Part shown: positions 50,379-55,569 of the stretch, piece after piece
Layout: each line of letters starts with the position of its first letter
How positions within the stretch are numbered: position 1 is the first letter of the stretch
NCBI GenBank assembly: GCA_021432655.1
Contig: MU271468.1
Location: forward strand, 3,967 to 59,535
Reading direction: 5' to 3'
Length of the DNA stretch: 55,569 bases
DNA from: Atractiella rhizophila
Lineage: Eukaryota
Position numbers and translations under genes: made by a program
Notes under the pieces: generated by a model
Seen by the model: the letters and a program-made list of their open reading frames with translations, nothing else
Told to the model about the DNA's origin: nothing
Databases searched by the model: none

Positions 50379-51700
50379 ATGGCTCCCTCCAAAGGACGAA
50401 ACAACGAAAGAACTTATCAGGAGATCCTACATGTTCGCCACTCCCCTAGTGTTTGGTCTTGGTCGCTGGTCCTAGTTGGAGGACCAGGACCGATACAGCT
50501 GGATGTATACACGCTGAGTGCTGTGGAATGGTACTGTGCATCAAACAACATCATCAACCGTTGATCAACCGCAGAATGGCAGAGCAAATGGATTGGAAGG
50601 GGTGACAACAAAAACTGGATCCTGCGTTCTAGTGGACGCATCTACTAACAGTTGTAAAGGTATTGAGTACGCCTTTTGCCCATTACCTTTTCCGTCCCTC
50701 ACGCCCCATCCCAAGGCGTGGGTCACTCATTACCTCCGCGATGATGCTCTCCCTTGAAGACCTTCCGATCCTTTCGACACCTCAATCTGGGCTGTCGCTG
50801 TCGTGGTGCTCTATGGCTTTTGCCGCTTGCTACCCGCTCGAAACCAACCTTTTCCCCTCATTCTCACCTCACCCGCTACAAGCTCTCCAAAGAGGGAGAC
50901 ACCATCGTACTTTCGCTTTCGCCTTACCGAAGGTCAAAGTGTCCATCGCAAAACCGTTGACATAAACCTCATCAATCCCGCATTGGTTCTTCCTTCACTC
51001 TCGGCGCTGCTCCTGTGTTCATTCTTCCTTCACTCTTACACGGCGTCTCTGCTTCCCAAGCTCGCGAGTCATGCTTCCCCGCCTAGACGAAGAGGGCTTT
51101 TTGTCTCGCTGTTGCCGCTGTCGAAGCTTACACTTCCGCTATCCCTCAACTCGAGCTGACATCGAAGGCGTCTTGGGCCGCAGTTTCACATCGGTGGTGC
51201 CAGTAGGCTCTGGATCCACAAGGTGAATATCGATTTTATGACGACGGCTGGTCGTTGGAAGTCCATCTCACGGGAACTCTATATTCGCATAAAGGCACCA
51301 GTTACTATGAGCTGGTCGAATTGCTCCCCTTCCAACGTATTCTAGGGACATCCGCGAGGAGAATTTAGCGCAGTCGAAATGGGGCAAACCGATCGCAACG
51401 GCCGCTTCTCGTCGTGGCGTGGTTGTTGGTCTACGGCAGGCGGAAGTAGCTTCCTCCCCTCTTGGAACGGCGTTCGTCGCAGCCTGCGGGTGTCTCTCTG
51501 CCTGACAACAACCTCGTTCAGGGACTTTCCAACTTCTTCGTGCTTAGGACCGTCTAATCCCTGGTAATACTCGGGCCTCCCTCGCACACGGAAGCCGGAA
51601 GAGAGTAACCCTCAAAGCAGCGTGCTTTCGTTCTTATTGTTCGGAGCTTTGCCTCGTCCCGCCGTGTTTGGAAAGTTCATTTCACCATTTCAGCGAGCGA
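50379..51700 (+). pseudogene. Disrupted ionotropic glutamate receptor (iGluR/GLR)-like channel gene
   Basis: Ordered motifs: pre-M1/M1 PFDTSIWAVAVVVL (from 50770), M3 FFLHSYTASLLPKL (SYTASL at 51034-51051), S2-like YSHKGTSYYEL (~51282) and GVSLPDNNLVQGLSNFF (~51489), M4-like RVTLKAA/AFVLIV (~51602-51650). In-frame TGA at 50755 and several frameshifts. Confidence 0.55.
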
Positions 51701-51938
51701 GCAAAATCGCCGCATCGAAGCTAGAGCAGCGCGTTTGGATAATATTCTTCGGGATGTTTGTGAGGGAATGTACACAGGAGACAGATAGGTGCAGGTAAGA
51801 CAGATAAGTGCAGATAATCGACTGTATGTTCCGATCCGAATTGCCGACATTGCGAAGATGGATTTAGTAGCTAGTTCTACGACCACCTCCTCTTTTCTCG
51901 CCTTTTCACCTTCGATTTCAAGGGTGTTGTAGGTGGCC

Positions 51939-54617
51939 ATGTCCACAATAGAGGAACAAATCCAACGAGGAGCTATTGGAGGGTCATTTGGCCCTTTTCC
52001 CGCCCAATCGTCATTTCGAGGTGATTCCTCTGCAGTTGGCGACGAATCTTTCAGCTCCCCCAACCCAACTCGTCGCTTCCTCCCCCGCCAATCCTCTCAT
52101 GGCCGCGAGTTGCGATACTCCACCACTGGCGCTGAGCTCTACCCCGAAGAGTATGGGAAGCACTCCCTCCGCCAGTCCGCTTACCTCCCGGCTGGAGATA
52201 TGGCCCCAGGAACCGAATTCGAGGACCCACGCATTGCAAGACAACAGTCGGGCCTCTCTTACATGTCGTCTTACTCCAACGCACCTCCCTCTCCCGGATT
52301 CCCTGGTGGTGCTGGCCCGTCGCCGAGTTATGCGGAGACGATGAGCAGCTTGTTATGGACGGACGAAAATAAGGAGGGCGACGATTGGCTTCATGACCCC
52401 GGAAAGGCTTACGGAAGCAAAGGAGCTTGGGGAGCAGGAAGCTCAAAAAATCGTAGACGTCCTGGATTCCAAGTTTTTTCCAGTAGAGGTTTCTTGAATA
52501 CTGCGGCCTTGCTCATCCTTGTCGCGGGATTACTTGCTCTCTTCGTCGCCTGGCCTATCATTGATTTTTATCATAACCACAATCTCCTCAACAACGCAGG
52601 AGGTTTCTTCGGTCCAGGAGGGACGAATGCAAGTGGACAGGTGGGTACCCTCCCTGCCCAACGGCTTCTTTGCAGTGACATGTTCCATGGGTGCAGGTTG
52701 GCGAAGTAGCAGGCTGGAACGGCCTTGTGGAGAAATACACCAAGGATCCAGCGAAGAAGTGGACGTCACCAGTACAGGGTGATACGCTCAACATTGTCTT
52801 CTCAGACGAGTTCAACGTCGATGATCGCACGTTCTATCCTGGAGATGATCCATTTTGGGAGGCAGTAGATTTGCATTATTGGGCCACCGCGTGCGTTAAC
52901 TGACTCCACGCCTGCTTTCGTAAACCTGAAAACTGACTCTGCTGCTCAGGGATCTGGAATGGTATCACGTGCGTTGTTCCCAAACGGTTAGATTGTAGGT
53001 TGATGAAAACTCGAATGATAGCCCGATGCGATTAGGACTCGCAATGGTAACCTCGAGATTACGATGACAGAGGAACCGCAGAGCGGACTGAATTGGAAGT
53101 CTGGGATGCTTCAAAGCTGGAATAAGTTCTGTAAGTTTCCGTTCCATTTCGTGTGCTGTAAGCTGACAGTGATTTACGTAGGTTTCACTGGTGGTTACAT
53201 CGAGGTCAACATCTCGCTCCCTGGAAATCCTAATTAGTACGCCTTTCGCTTCCATACGGGATTCGCTAAAGAGCCTTGATGAAGGTTCGGTCTATGGCCC
53301 GGAGCGTGGACTATTGGTAACCTCGCTCGACCTGGTTCGTCTCCCTTCTTACATTTACTTCCTCTCCCCCATCTTCTGAGCGTATTCTCATAACGATGTA
53401 AGGCTACGGAGCAACGAACGATGGTGTCTGGCCTTATTCCTACGATGTGTGCGATGTCGGTACCTACCCCAACCAAACTCGAAAAGACAACACTCCATCA
53501 GCTGCATTGACTTCTGGTAGCATCAAGGACTACGGTGGAGAGCTCTCCTATTCTCCAGGCCAGAGGTTGTCAGCCTGCACCTGTCCAGGAGCAGATCATC
53601 CAGGTCCAATGCAGAATGGAAAGTTTGTAGGACGCGCTGGTCCCGAAATTGATATCCTCGAGTCTCAGTCTTATTTCGATAATAAAGCAGGTGCCTCGGT
53701 TTCACAGTCTATCCAGGTGGCTCCCTTCGACGCGGCGTATGATTTCAGGACCGATTCGACCGCAGCGACGATCTATAACCCTGAAACATCGGTTTTCAAT
53801 CCCGCCTTTAAAGGATCAGTTTATCAGGAATCTCTTTCGGTAATATCGAGCACGGATACCCAGGCTTACAATGGGAATTCCTATAAGACCTACGGTTTGT
53901 TCCTGTTTTCGCGGTAGTGAGAAATTAAAGGAAATGTAGGATTTGATTACAAACCCGGAAAGGACGGTTGGATTACTTGTGAGTGCCTCTTTTATCGTGT
54001 TCCCTTTCTGACTCGCTTTCCTCTGCGATGCAAAGGGTACTACGATGGCCAGCCCACTTGGACCATGCAAGCAGCAGCCATTGGACCGAATACATTAACC
54101 GAAATCTCCCAACGCTTGGTGTCTGAAGAACCTATGTCGATCGTTCTCAATTTCGCATTCTCAACTAAATTCCAAGGAGACCCTTCATATGGCAAAATTG
54201 TATTCCCTCAGACTTTCTTCATCGATTACGTCCGCGTCTATCAGAGGGGAAGTGTGAATGTAGGATGCGAGTACGCCGTTCTTGTAAAATAAGAGGGCGG
54301 ACTAAATGCTGATGATGCCTGGTTTACCCGCAGTCCGAAAGATCATCCAACGGCTCAATACGTACGTCTTGTGCTGTTTGAGAAGGAATGCCCGCTCATT
54401 GGATATGCAGATCCTGGACCACCCGAACGCTTATATGAAGTACTTTCCTTCCTTCATCCCAGTTACCTGCAGCGAAATTAACTTTTTCCTCTGCTAGCCC
54501 ACTCACCACGACCTGGGCGCAAGCTGGTTATCAGTGGCCAGTGAACGGAGATTACGGTTGGTCCTTCCTGTCTGTATTTAAGCATGCAAACTGAATCAGA
54601 GAATAGACACCTGTTAG
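51939..54617 (+). CDS. KRE6: KRE6/SKN1 GH16 protein, copy 2, with an intron-split in-frame TAG (possible young pseudogene)
   Basis: Same exon series as copy 1 plus an extra intron at 52641-52696. The codon TA|G (53235, 53236, 53285) replaces TG|G (Trp) of copy 1. No other lesion was spotted. Confidence 0.75.
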
Positions 54618-54944
54618 ACAACTGCTAGGAGCTGAGCTGAGTGGGGGCTGAGCTTAAATCCAGATGGAATGAACGGACAAAATGAACGGACTGCTGTTTC
54701 GCTCCACTTTTCTTTACGTCTTTCTTATGACTTGCAGACATTATTCGCTTTTAAGTAACCTCGCCTCTCGCGTGCAATATTGTCTTACTCCCTTTCTTGT
54801 GTAATCGTTCTTTGTTTCAAGGAGTTCACTAGTCTCCCGCGAAGCGAGCAAGACAGGTCTCATTTATCAAATCAAGGAGTACAGGAAGACAAAACATGAG
54901 GATGAACTCTGCTGGCAGACTGAATCGAAAGACGAAGATTACTG

Positions 54945-55340
54945 CGACTGCTTGAAGAGCTTGCGCTCTTGCTCGATCCTGTGATTTTGAGTTAATGGAG
55001 TTGTGCTGCAAGCTGGCGGGAATGGCGACAATCACTTGTAACCTGGAAGGCAACGCTAGCTGGCGTCAGCATAGCAAAAGAGTACGTCGGGTCGGGTGAG
55101 TAGATGCCTGTGTGCTTTCAAGAAAGACAGGTCATGGGCGAAGCACAACGCTCTCCATCTCTAGTTTTCTGCAGACTGAAGCCATTAACCACAATGACGT
55201 TCTTCCTCAAGATTCCGTGAAACACAACGTCAGAATACCCTTCAAGTGAACGTGGCCGCTCACTTCTTCCTTGGACACCTTATTGGCGATGTCATCAGCT
55301 TCGGCACAATCAAGAGAGTCGATGCTTCGTGTAGAGCTTG
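54945..55340 (-). pseudogene. Decayed copy of the PARP-like ART gene
   Basis: The minus strand gives VVFHG.LRKNV..VVNGF and GIYSPDPTYSF...PGYK-like remnants with many deletions. The catalytic Glu region is largely deleted. Confidence 0.8.
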
Positions 55341-55346
55341 TTGAAA

Positions 55347-55462
55347 CTGAGGTTCATCAGAGTGACAGAACGAAGAAAAGATCAGCATTGCATGAACGTT
55401 GGTGAGGAGTCACCTACCTGAGGTTCATCAGAGTGACAGAACGAAGAAAAGATGAACCTCAG
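55347..55462. repeat. Exact 36-bp direct repeat pair with an overlapping 12-bp inverted repeat
   Basis: CTGAGGTTCATCAGAGTGACAGAACGAAGAAAAGAT occurs at 55347-55382 and 55418-55453. GATGAACCTCAG (55451-55462) is the reverse complement of the first 12 bp of the repeat. Confidence 0.9.
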
Positions 55463-55569
55463 ATAGCTGAAAAACAGACTAAACTACGGGAGCGGGCGGA
55501 ACTGACACCAGATGCGATAGCCAGCTCAAAAGGGCAGAAAGAAAGTAAAAGTCAAAAACGTAATAACTT

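Larger units (their letters stand above)
51870..55340 (+). repeat. Segmental direct duplicate of about 35190-39322 (KRE6, intergenic region, ART gene 3' part)
   Basis: High identity across KRE6 exons, introns and 3' UTR. 54895-54940 matches 38180-38225 and 55165-55340 matches 39120-39322. Confidence 0.92.

Noticed and set aside
55347..55453. 36-bp repeat / 35-bp spacer / 36-bp repeat has CRISPR-like geometry
   Set aside because: There are only two units, the context is eukaryotic, no cas genes are present, and the unit reads as a duplicated intron 3' end at a rearrangement breakpoint.
1..55569. tRNA, rRNA or other structured RNA genes
   Set aside because: None were recognised by eye. Small snoRNAs, for example in the longer introns at about 34400-34770 or 46548-46738, cannot be excluded without an Infernal/Rfam scan.

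Overview
This is gene-dense, intron-rich fungal genomic DNA. Short GT-AG introns with CTRAY branch points and frequent microexons suggest a basidiomycete; the species cannot be determined from the sequence. Conserved genes present: MCC beta subunit, TAP42, RPC19, CreC/WDR20, OTU1, a large ARM-like protein, MIF, an Axl2-like protein, severin/gelsolin, Atg14/Vps38-like, KRE6, CSN1, an F-box/LRR protein, Mif2/CENP-C and two tandem cyanamide-hydratase-like HD proteins. They are interleaved with decayed or duplicated tracts at about 14.8-17.2 kb, 22-31.4 kb and 50.3-55.5 kb. Manual splicing and frame-walking reveal several things the ORF track does not show: (i) a disrupted ionotropic glutamate receptor (iGluR/GLR)-like channel gene with an SYTASL M3 motif; (ii) an apparently intact PARP-like H-Y-E ADP-ribosyltransferase gene plus a decayed copy; (iii) two spliced orphan microprotein genes sharing exon structure and a DGGTRM C-terminus, each facing a gelsolin pseudogene fragment; (iv) a duplicated KRE6 with an intron-split TAG where its paralog has TGG, and one extra intron; (v) a CENP-C with a tandemly duplicated N-terminal Mis12-binding-type motif. 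All exon boundaries and family calls come from reading by eye; no database searches were run.
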